64,000 bases of DNA from Epiperipatus broadwayi. Its lineage: Eukaryota; Animalia; Onychophora. The notes beneath the pieces were generated by a model, which was not told the origin of the DNA, made no database searches, and saw only the letters and a list, made by a program, of their open reading frames with translations. Location of the stretch: the NCBI GenBank assembly GCA_028023455.1, contig JAQFVV010000004.1:21452001-21516000 (forward strand), given 5' to 3'. A program made the translations under genes and the position numbers. Positions 53,430-64,000 of this stretch are shown here, piece by piece (the stretch's first letter is position 1; every line of letters begins with the position of its first letter).

Positions 53430-54620
53430 ATGGATTGAAACTATTTGAATAGTTTTACATTTGTTAAGGATACTTAAGAATTTTTATAAGAATAGTTTTT
53501 TATTAATATTAATTGGGGATATAAAATCAGTGTAAAATTGGGTTTGTTTCGAAAAGAATTGAAAATTATGATGTAACATCCTATAGTTCAAATCAGAAGA
53601 ATATGATGTGTGTGTGTGTATGTTGTGTGTGTATGTTGTGTGTGTTTTTTTATGGATAATCTAGCTTTTTTCTTGCTAATAGTGTAAATGATATTGTTAT
53701 TACTAAAGAAATATGGTGAGATAGGAAAAATTATGAAAAGGGAATATTGTAAAGGAAGTCTTTGATTTTATATTTAATGAAAAAGGTAAAACTGAACGAT
53801 GGAAAATGAGATATTTATTTTAAACAAGTGAATAAGTATGGATATTTATGGACTTTGTTAAATGGTAAAAGGAATTGTACAAATAGTTAGGGGTTAGAAT
53901 TGAGAATTAAAGCAAAAATTAGTATGAATAAATGTTATTAAGTTTAAAAAGGAAAAAAAAATGGTATGCAAAATTATTTGTAAAAGAATGATGGCATCTG
54001 CTTTAATATTTGGAAATGATGGGTTTTGTATTAACTGGGAAATTCAGAAATTTTTAGACAGATATGCATCTATTGATAAATTATAGAAAGAAAATTGAAG
54101 CTATTGATTGCAATGAACAAAATCAAAAGTAAATTTAAAATGTTAGAAAGATTATAATATATGAATGAAAATAGATTAGTAAAAATAGTGTTTAATTGTC
54201 TTACATTTAGTGAACAAATATATTGGACAAGAAAGATTTTTAATATATAAATTAATAGACTACACATAATTATAAAAGGTGGGAAAAGATGATAATAGAT
54301 AAGTTGGTTAGAGAAGATTTAAAGTTATTGGAAAACAAATATGAATTTTAAAAAATGGTTTGGAATTAGATTAAAAAAATTACATAAAATATGAAACTTT
54401 TTGTAAGCTTTAGATACCAGAGGTCAAAAATGGAATAAGGTTTTGGATTGTTGATGTAGTTTTTATAGAGGTGAGAATGAAAATATTGAACACTTATTTT
54501 TGAGTATAGGATATTGAAAGAGGATCAAGATTTGGAGAATAGAAGAAATTTAAAAGTAAATAGAAAAAAAGAGGTAGAGTTTTTACGTTGTTGTTTTTTA
54601 AGTGTTTAGAATGAAACTGG
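53430..54620 (+). mobile_element. Heavily decayed non-LTR retrotransposon (RT thumb to C-terminal Cys/His region); clade uncertain
   Basis: Patchy motifs only: KQVNKYGYL (~53820), MNENRLVKIVFN (~54160) and a C..C...E.IEHLF-like stretch (~54455-54505). Confidence 0.45.
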
Positions 54621-55028
54621 GGATATGAAACAGAATAGTGGAATTATCAAAACATCTTTTATAAAAATAATTAATTAATAATGAGTAAAAAGTAGATGTG
54701 AATATTGTAATATATAGGATTGGGGGGGGGGGTAGATAATGTTTTATTTAACTAATAAGATTTTCACACATATAGTTTTTATGTAAAAACTGTAAGGAAA
54801 ATACATTTTTAAGTTTGTTTGCATTGAAGTGTATATGAAAGAAGGGTTATAAGCAATATATATATATATGTAAAAACTTCTAATTTGATTTTAAAAAAGC
54901 CACTTTCCATCACATTATTATGTCACATATTTGTAGCTGGTTATTATATAATTATAATATGTAAGAGATAGAAAGAGATTATACAGTAATTATTATTATT
55001 TTTTAATTCCAAACTTTTTTTTTTAAAG

Positions 55029-55205
55029 GAAAGACAAAGGTTGAAAGAAAAGTTTCCTATTACTTCATTTAACGATGAAGCCGAATGCAAGAAATTACTT
55101 CAAGAATATAACAATTTTGTTCGCAATGGTGATAGAGAAGTGTCCTTACCAACTGGAACAACATATTTGAGTAGTTTTGAAACAAAACAAAAAGATTTGA
55201 GTTAA
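55029..55205 (+). CDS. DUSP22: DUSP22/15-like terminal coding exon (58 aa plus TAA)
   Basis: A long T tract plus aag forms the acceptor, in phase 0 with the previous exon. Translates ERQRLKEKFPITSFNDEAECKKLLQEYNNFVRNGDREVSLPTGTTYLSSFETKQKDLS*; the start resembles vertebrate DUSP22 YRQWLKEEY...D.EEAK.IL. Confidence 0.85.
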   Translation, partial: ERQRLKEKFPITSFNDEAECKKLLQEYNNFVRNGDREVSLPTGTTYLSSFETKQKDLS

Positions 55206-58200
55206 CAGAATAATAAACAAAACAACTTATTTTTAACAAATATATTTTGAAAATTATTTTTTAAAATCTCTTGAGATTTGGTAAGATATAAATTATGAGA
55301 TTTTGACTTTTATAAACTTCAACGTTTGTTATTTCTAATTTTTTTTTTTTTTTTTTAAATTATTTAAAATTCTCATTCAATATTATTTTATGTTTTTTTT
55401 TTTTTTTTATGTTTATTTATTTTTAAATTGTAAAATGTAATAATACATTATTGGTGCCATAATTCCAAAATTTATTTATTAAATATTTACAAAAAAAATT
55501 TTTTTTTCATTGAATTATGATAATAGTCGTTGCAATTATATATATACAAATTGTTAAAGAAACAAGATAAGAGGGATGCAGGTATCATTGCTTGTTAATT
55601 AATGTATAATGAATATATATGTAATCATAAGATTCAAATTTTAATCTGAACTCTTAAGCAATTATATTTGAATTTAGAAATTGTGAAATAGCATGAGTAA
55701 TTTTCACATGAAATCTCCTCAGATGAAATTTAGAATGAATAAGAGAATTTCATCATAGTTTACTGGGTGCTTTAGATTGGTATTTTTATTATAATAAATT
55801 TTGAAAAATGTATTATGAAAACTTGTGTGTATATATATATTGTCTATATGCAATAAATAGATAAAAAAAGAAGAGAAATGCAAGTATCATTTTTACCATA
55901 AAACTGTTTAAAAGATATTTTTAAAAAAATAATCTCTGCCTTTTCAAACTTTGTTAGCATTTCTTAATTATGTATTTGATTTCAAAAGTTTATACACAAA
56001 TGTGGCATTGTCATTATGTGTATTACTTAATTATTTATGCATATAACAAGTGAATATTAAATATGTATATAAAGAATTCAAAGAAAAAAGACACTCCTAA
56101 ACTTTGTTTATTCAGGGCAGTCCAGATGTCATGAATAGGTTATAATTATTACAACTTTTATTGTTTTAATTTTTTTTTTATAAATTATCATAATTTTTAT
56201 TTGGAAATGTTCGAAAATTTCATATTTGAACAAGAAATAAAAGTAATAGTATTTTATTTTTTAAATTAAACATCTTTGTAACTTGACATGAATAATTTTC
56301 TAATAAAGTTGGCAAATGTTCTTTCAGGTTTTATCATGTCTAAGGACAGGCAAAAGTTTCACATTTTGATAACCTCTTCTTTAGAAAAAGGCAATTATAA
56401 TATTATCAAAGCTTGAAAGAACATTTGATATCCTTTTATTTGTATATATATTATCAGTTGATCACATGTGTACAAACATATATATATATAATATCCGCAT
56501 AAACTAATATATATAATAAATAATTAAACTTTGATACAGTTTAATTTTTAAAATATTAAATAATAAATTGCAGAAGCATGTTTTTATTTCAATGTAATCT
56601 TTTTCATCTGCATACAATATCAATGCATTATTTTTCTCTATACTCACGCTTTGTAATTTATTTATTTTTTTACATTATCTCCTTGTTTGTTAACCAAATT
56701 ATTTTCTTTGTTAATAAATAGAGCTATTTTTTTTATTATTTCTCTCTTCATATAATTTATTCTTCTCAACCAAGTTTAATACAAAATCTTCATTTCATTT
56801 TTTGTTATTAAACACAGATGTTATTTGTGCATTATTTGTTTTATGTGTTTCTACTCTTATATAATAGTTGATGTTCTTAAAATCTTTTTTTGAATGATCA
56901 TTGAAATTTCCAAATGTATGATGAAGAATATTTATATGTTATATCACTTTTTTACTCTACATTTACTTTTTTACTTTCTTATTCCAGTATTATTAAGTTA
57001 TTTATTTCTATTTGGTAGTTATACTATATATGACCTTACAATACTCAGAACAAATATATTTTATCTCTTTATTATTCTTAGTATTAACATTCTTTGAAAT
57101 TTTTCTAAAATTTTCTATCATTATATTCTATTAACGAAAATTTTTGTGTATAATTTTTTATAAACTTATATAATTTTTTTTTTTTAGATATATCTATGAG
57201 TGATGGTATTCCATTTTAGCTTATAATTGATTTTGATATATTTTTCCAAGATACATGGGTATATTATTATGGAATATTTTGGGATATAGTAAATTTAAAA
57301 TATGTGTATTATTTGAATTTGTTAATATTACTCAAGTGATAGGAAAGAATCAAAGAGATTATTAAGGAAATGTTAATTACAAAAGAGGTTAATTATCATC
57401 CTAAAATGTTTATAATAGATACATAAAACTTTATTGATGAAAGTATTGTTGCTAAGAGTGGCGGCATACAATAATATCAAAATGTATTCTAGATATATAA
57501 GTGATGCATTTGTGCATGGAAATATATATATATATATGAATTAAAGGAAAACTTAAATAAATTGAAATAAACAATCAATGAAAATAATAAGACAGTAAAG
57601 TATTCAAATATTTATAATTATAAATTTATTAAGGGGCAAGGATATGTATTTCATGATTTAAAATTCCTTTTATGCATAAAATGGCTGTTTTAAAATATGC
57701 TTTATCTAGAAATGAGGGATTATGTAAATATATAAATGATAAAAATAAAATCATTAGATGTATAAGAAAAAATTGTTAATAAAATATAATATGGGGTATA
57801 TAAGAGAGAAATTCAAATAATAATAATAATAAATAAATTTTAAAATGTATATAATATAAAATGTAAAAATAATAATGGGATAATAGTCTGATGTTCTGAG
57901 CATTATAATAATGCATATAGAGAATCAACAAATATAAATAAACCACTTAATAATCTTAAAGACAGATCAGTTGCATTCTTAATTTCACTACACATGTGTA
58001 AATCTTCTCAAAAACAACTTTCTATTTCTTTTTTATATCAAAAGTTTTAGCTTTTTTTTTCCCACTTGCCTTCCATTGTTGTAACTAAACATGAGATATT
58101 ACATAATGGTAACTAAAAGAAAAAAAAATACCAGTCAAATACAAATTTAGTTTTTTTTTACAAATGAATAAATATGTTATCTAAATTCATTTTCAAGTTT

Positions 58201-58721
58201 TTGTTATGTATATATTAAATATTGATAATAGTATGTAAAAACACATATGTGCATAAGTTAGTTGCAACTAAAAGCTCTTTAGAAAAATTTTAAGAATTAA
58301 TAATTCCTTAGGTTAACTTACAAATAATAAAAGAATGAGCGGTTTAGATCGATGATTTTGTGATATGTAGAAGTTACTAAATTGATTTAGATAATAAGTA
58401 AATAATTCAGATTATGTCTAATTGAACAGAAAGTAACTGAAGCTTCCAATGAGTTATATCATGTTTGCAATCCTATCACAACCATTCATCAGCCCAAAAA
58501 TCAGACCAATCTCTCATACCATAAATACATTAGAAACATACACTTGGTCGAGCAATCCATATAGTACATGTTACAATTTAACTTCATATACACATTATTT
58601 CTAGAGAAATCCCAAACTTAATTTATTTATTTTTTAATATATATATATTTTTTAATTAAATACAATTCCATCACATATTATTGAAACATATGATCAAAAA
58701 CATGTGAAAAAAATTAATGAT

Positions 58722-58768
58722 TTCCAAGATGCACATTTTCTGCTGAACTGGCATTTATCAGTTGGTCC
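58722..58768 (-). ncRNA. Hammerhead motif family 1, mutated core
   Basis: The minus strand reads ggaccaa-CTGATAA-atgccagttcagca-GAAA-atgtgcat-C-ttgg. The core has G>A in CTGATGA, and stem I (ccaa/ttgg) is retained. Confidence 0.55.
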
Positions 58769-58914
58769 AGATCACAATCTCCTACTTATATCTTCATCAT
58801 TTGTTCAATATATATGTGGATAGAAAATTATTATAGTTTAATTGACAGAGTTCAGTAATTTGCTATCTATATATATAGTGAACAAATAATGTTATATGTA
58901 GAAGATTGTGATTT

Positions 58915-58961
58915 GGGCCAACTGATGAGTGCTGGATCAGTATGAAATGGACATCCTGGGG
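58915..58961 (+). ncRNA. Hammerhead motif family 1, core intact but stems decayed
   Basis: gggccaa-CTGATGA(58922-28)-gtgctg-gat-cagtat-GAAA(58944-47)-tggaca-TC-ctgggg. The downstream gatcatttatccttttc matches the 37.4 kb copy. Confidence 0.65.
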
Positions 58962-59316
58962 ATCATTTATCCTTTTCATATGTCTTTGATCATATATTTT
59001 ACTAATGTGTAATGGAATTGTATTTAATAAAAAAAATTAAGCTTGGAGTTTCTCTAGAAATAATGTGTATATGAAGTTGAATTCAAAATGTATGTATCTA
59101 TGGTGTGAGAGGTTGATATGACTTCTGGGCTGATGGATAGTTGTGATAGGATTACAGATGTGATATAAGTTGATTTAGATAAATTAATAATTTAATTTTG
59201 TTTATTATCTATAATCAATCTCTCTATCAATCTGACTATCGCAATATATATATGTAAATGTAAAATACAATACCCATTATAAAATATTATATATATAAAA
59301 ATAAAAAAATTTAACG

Positions 59317-59470
59317 GTAAATACAATATTATAGTTTAAATTCTTTTGTAGCGCTTTCGATTACGTGGTAATCCTCGTCAGCTAAAATTTGAAATTCAGT
59401 TAAAGCTGACGAGGATTACCACGTAATCAAAAGCGCTACAAAAGAATTTAAACTATAATATTGTATTTAC
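59317..59470. repeat. Near-perfect palindrome (67-bp arms, 1 mismatch, 20-bp spacer) made of two diverging family-2 hammerhead motifs
   Basis: 59317-59383 is the reverse complement of 59404-59470 except at 59358/59429. The minus arm reads g-CTGACGA-g-GATTAC-cac-GTAATC-GAAA-gcgc-TA-c; the plus arm has AAAA in place of GAAA. Confidence 0.95.
59345..59383 (-). ncRNA. Type I minimal hammerhead ribozyme motif, family 2 (intact core)
   Basis: CTGACGA core, 6-bp stem II GATTAC/GTAATC, GAAA, palindromic stem III AGCGCT and a predicted CUA cleavage triplet. Stem I is weak (one G-C pair, then a mismatch or bulge). Confidence 0.8.
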
Positions 59471-60899
59471 AGTTTTTTTTTTTTTTATATATATATACTA
59501 TGCATATGAATTTATTTATTTCTATAATGGTGAATTTAAGAATACAATAGTTATCTGTTCTGCTTAATAGAATTTTCTTTTCTTTGTTAAGTTGTCTTCA
59601 GTCAGAGATGTCATATGTTTATGTGTATATGTATATTATAAATCACAACAGCTGAAAATATTTACAATTTTATATATATATAATTTTATCTACTCTATAA
59701 AGATGCATGCTGTTTAAAAACATATATATTCATTTATTTGAACATACATTATGTAAATGAAAAAATTAATGATTTTTAAATATATGATTAATTAGTTGTC
59801 TTCAAATTTTATCCATTAAATTCAATGGTATTTATATAAAAATCTGTTCTGAATGGATTATTTCAATATTTTGTTTCTTTAATATAATTTTTTTTTTAAT
59901 ATATAAGATGTTTAAAAAGTAAGCCCCAAATGCTTTGGTTTGTTTTTAAGCTGAAAAAGTCAGAAATTCAAATCTATTTATTCATATTGCAATCAATGAG
60001 CTAAAAGCCATAATGTATGCAATAAGAAAATTAATAGCACTGCAGATTCAAATTCAAACTGATCTATATCAATATTATATTAAATAATGCATAGATATTT
60101 ATATTGATATAATTCAAAAATTTTGTTATAAATTTATTATACAAGCTTTTAATCTGATATTGATTGAATCCAAGTTTTGAAATTTAATTACATCTTGTAA
60201 TTTTCAATTAATTTTAAGATTTAATAATATATATTGTACCCTCACTTAAAAAAAACTAATAGATTGACTGCTGCTAACTAAGAGATAACTATAATAGACT
60301 ATAATCAAGTTACTTAAACAATGATTATTAAAGATAATTACTATTCTGAGCAGCTCAAAATACACTATTAACATATAATAGTTAATAAAATCAATATTTT
60401 ATAATAAATAAATTAACCAAGTTAAAATATAATAATAATACTTATATTCACAATAAATAATCAGTGTTCCAATTAAACACTTAGCATATTTATCTCTGAT
60501 ATTAGTTTAAGTTACAACTAGCTCATTATTATAATTAAAATATGGTTTGACTAAAATAATAAATACAATTATGAAAACTTTGCAGGAGACATTCAGTAAG
60601 GTACAATGGCTTAAACATTGAGGATACATACCTAAAGATACCATTCCCTATATAAGAATATTACCCCTATTTTATTAATATAATAAAACTACCTCTTAAT
60701 ACTCTCATGTCTTTAAACAACACTTATAATAATTCTAACATACAATTTATCAAATTTATTATGGAAAAACAAATTAATTTCTATTCCTTTTAAAAAAAAA
60801 TACTATTTGAAAATTTAACATCAACTAATAATTCTTATTTATCATTTTTACAAACTCTACAATTATTTAAAATTTCAGATTCATATCTCACACTAATAA

Positions 60900-62900
60900 T
60901 AAAACAAATTAATTAAGACTCTGTAGTTAAATATAATGAGGGATTTTACATAATATCTAACTACCCTCACAAAAATAACAACAATAAGCAACTAGAATAC
61001 TTTAATAACTCTTAACATTACACATCTATTTAAATATTAATGTTCAGCAACAAATCATAAGTAAAATCATAAGATTCAGGAAAAATATTGTATAATCTTT
61101 TATTTATTCATGCAGCATTCATAGAATATATGACATTTTTGATATAATGACAATATTAAATATCTCAAATTGGTATTGGATCCTTTTAAAATAATCACCA
61201 ATGATTATATCAGCTACAATAATAATAATTATGATAATATACTTTTATTATTCAATCATATATAATAATATTCTAAATAATCTTTATAAATCATGTGCAA
61301 ATAAGTAATATTTCAAACCATTAAATTCTATGGATCATGTATATGGATATGAAGAATCAAAGAATAATACTCAAACAAATTAAGCCCCCAACAACAAAAT
61401 AATTTGAAAACATTAACATTTTTATTGTAGTTGAATAACATTTGGTTATGATACAATGAAATTATAAAAAATTTGAAAAATATTTACAAAATATTTACGC
61501 AATAAATATTACGAGTAAATAAATATAAGATAGCCTTCATTCCGACTACCTAAAATAGAATACAGTCTTACAGTAATGTAATAGTGATATACTATTTTTT
61601 TTATTAATAGAACAATAACATTCTATTGTTTCTATGGTGATAAAATAATAATGATACATATCATGACTTAAACTTAATGCTATGTTTCACAATATTTAAA
61701 ATATATATATATAATTATATAATTCTTGAGTATAAGTTTAGATTAAAACACACCTATCTAAATTTAGATAAAATATAATATTTAAAATTATTAAACACTT
61801 CCTTTGCATTTTAGCAAAACATCTTAATCTTTTAATATGTTTGAGTATTCTAATACCAGAAAATTTAAATAAAGAAAAATATAGTAATGCCTCCCTTTGT
61901 AAATTAACTACTTATGAAAAATATTTAAAATGTAATTTCATAGCTTTTCTCCATTTTAAATAGGTTCGTATTCCTTTTAGAAAATTTTAAACTATTAATA
62001 AATTATATTGCTTGATATTTTATATTTCATTTATTCTATATTTTACATTCATCATAGCATTCAGAAATCATTCTTTCATCACTTTCTCACCCAATCTAAT
62101 CCACATATACATTTATTTAAGTTTAGTGATCTTTAATATTTACAATATTTATAGGAATATCAATCATTCTCCTATTTTATATTATTAATTCAATATCATT
62201 TGTGATAGAAGTTTTTCTCATCTTGCCTTCACATAAACTACCAGCTATTAACAGTTTAGCTATTACTCTGCCATCTTTTAAAACTATTTTTTATAATGTG
62301 ATGCCAGTGGCAATTGATGGAGATTATAGTGAGGGATATAGAATAATAATAACTCCAATGAGTAACAAAACATCATCATGGATAGAGTGCTAAAAAGAAA
62401 AGGTTCATATTTATCAAGCACCTTAAATTCATGTCATGGCTTTTATCTCAGCTCTTACTAACTGTAAAGAAAATGCAACTGTCCATGGAAAAATACTATA
62501 ATGCCCTTTGTTATCTGTATATTTAATAAATTGTGACAATATAGATCACACATAATATATTTTCTTTCAAAATATATTCCTAAACACCTAGAGTTTCATT
62601 TATCACTCCCAACCACCATCCTATATCTTTCACATGCTGAATAACTCTACAACATTGCAAAGAAATATAAACTGCACTATAAAAATAATTTCCAAACTAC
62701 TTTTCTAAGAAAAACAAGAAAGATCCAATGTTTGTCTCAATGTGGTTCAAAAGTATTTCAGGCACAAATAATTTTGATAAAACATTCATTTGTATTGCCT
62801 AGTTATTCATTTATTATAACGTAATTTAGAGACCAATGCTTTATATCTCTGTATCTTAACAAATACTATTCATAAAATAATGTGTTAACAACTCAATGAG
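60900..62900 (+). mobile_element. Heavily decayed non-LTR retrotransposon, possibly I/Jockey-like
   Basis: NIKYLKLVLD (~61155-61185) resembles KYLGxxLD, and FYGSCIW...KLSPQQQNNLKNI (~61325-61415) resembles the post-RT YGxxVW...KL..QN..LR.I segment. Many stops. Confidence 0.35.
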
Positions 62901-63352
62901 GTTGTAAAACATATGCATATTCAAGCATTTATGAGAAAAAGTATTTTAAAAATATCTGTAGATATTTTACAAGGCATTCTCTTGCATTCACTTTTTTTAT
63001 AAAACATATACAATAATAAGCATATGAATGATTCATTCAACTTTTAAATATTCAAGCAATATGACACAATGATAATAAAGTACTAGTTTAAAAAATATTA
63101 AACAATGCAATATAAATAAATAAGGTTATCCATGATTCCAACAATTATTGGAACTATGAATGTGCTTCTTTTCGACCATCCATCTAAACAAGTTATAAGT
63201 ATTTATTACCTGTCAGAAAATTACTTTCTGAAAACCTATTTTTCTTTATTTAATATAAAAAAAACTAATCTATCTTAAGATTAAATTAAGAACATATAAT
63301 AAGCATGTTAGTTAAACATTTTAAAATACTAGCAATAAACTAAATAAAATTT

Positions 63353-63457
63353 GTCTTGCATTGGTTGTCGAGAGGTCAGCGCGACTGCCTTGCACTTGCA
63401 GGCAGTTGCCCGGGTTGCGGGTTCGCGTCCCGGCCGATGCTATGACACTTAAAAAAA
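63353..63457 (+). mobile_element. Short tRNA-derived SINE with A tail and 16-bp target-site duplication (younger copy)
   Basis: Flanked by aaactaaataaaattt (63337-63352 and 63458-63473). Cloverleaf-like fold: acceptor GCATTGG/CCGATGC, A-box-like TGTCGAGAGG and T loop GGG-TTCGCGT-CCC. Confidence 0.9.
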
Positions 63458-64000
63458 AAACTAAATAAAATTTAAAGTTACTAAAAGTCTTTTGTTTCTC
63501 CTTGTACTCTCATTGCTTTCAAAATTCTTCCCCCACTGCTTAGTTATGAGTAGAAAGTTCTGAACAAAATTGATCTCTCCCAGCACCATTCAATAAATGC
63601 ATAAATAACAAAATTAAATTCTGCAGAATCAGGAAAAAATATTGTTCATCCTTGAAGGATAAATATGTATTTCTGTCTCTTTTCTGAATATTTATCTATG
63701 CAAGCAATATTTCAATAGAAAAATAATTAAGGATTCATTTTTATTTTAAATAATATATTCTTTACATACATATTTCATAATAATTCTAACTATTATATAT
63801 CAAAACATATCGCAATAAGTATAGCTCACATATAAAATCTACATTTTCATCAGTAAACATGTATAGAATATTTCATAACATAAGATTTGTTCATTTATTA
63901 ATTTTCTTTCAGCTGATGCATATTTTTTGTATTCACTAAAGGTAGATATTTTTTTAAAAAATCAAGACTTCTTTTTTAAAATACATATATTTCAATCAGT

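Larger units (their letters stand above)
58454..59168. repeat. Old ~700-bp imperfect palindrome (arms ~350 bp, spacer ~58832-58855) carrying two family-1 hammerhead motifs
   Basis: ttatatcatgtttgcaatcctatcacaaccattcatcagccc pairs with gggctgatggatagttgtgataggattacagatgtgatataa; atttgttcaatatatatgtggatagaaaatta pairs with taatttgctatctatatatatagtgaacaaat. Confidence 0.85.

Noticed and set aside
59317-59470. CRISPR repeat or bacterial terminator interpretation of the palindromes
   Set aside because: The context is eukaryotic, there is no repeat-spacer array and no cas gene, and hammerhead cores explain the structure.
60620-60780. Possible Penelope GIY-YIG relic (TIPYIR...IYQI.YYGKT) near the hammerhead palindromes
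   Set aside because: Motif spacing is wrong and the frame is full of stops; too weak to call without a profile search.
60400-62100. Possible mitochondrial insertion (NUMT), suggested by strong A/C strand skew
   Set aside because: No convincing ND4, ND5 or ATP6 motif in any frame; the few readable motifs fit a decayed LINE better.

Overview
Very AT-rich eukaryotic genomic DNA, probably from an invertebrate such as an arthropod; the taxon cannot be determined from sequence alone. One host gene is recognisable: a + strand DUSP22/DUSP15-family atypical dual-specificity phosphatase. Four of its coding exons (27850-27966, 29496-29620, 44174-44345, 55029-55205) splice in frame through GT-AG introns and give an intact HCLAGVSRS catalytic loop. 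The short first coding exon was not found and may lie upstream of the window. The rest is largely transposon remains: two hAT transposase relics, a TIR-complete Tigger/pogo element, an RTE LINE split by a hAT insertion, two Gypsy LTR relics, other LINE relics, a ~1.1 kb foldback element and two short tRNA-like SINE copies with target-site duplications. Two things deserve most attention. (1) Six hammerhead-ribozyme core motifs from two sequence families, all within or beside inverted repeats; two lie in the phosphatase intron that splits the catalytic Cys codon and four lie 3-4 kb past the stop codon. (2) A family of 2-4 kb, mostly non-coding elements with TG...CA ends, a 3'-terminal hairpin and often an ATAT flank; one copy carries a hammerhead motif and another is tied to an unusual duplication of its flank. 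Apart from the four exons, most supplied ORFs are transposon fragments or chance ORFs. All alignments and translations were done by eye, so relic boundaries are approximate.
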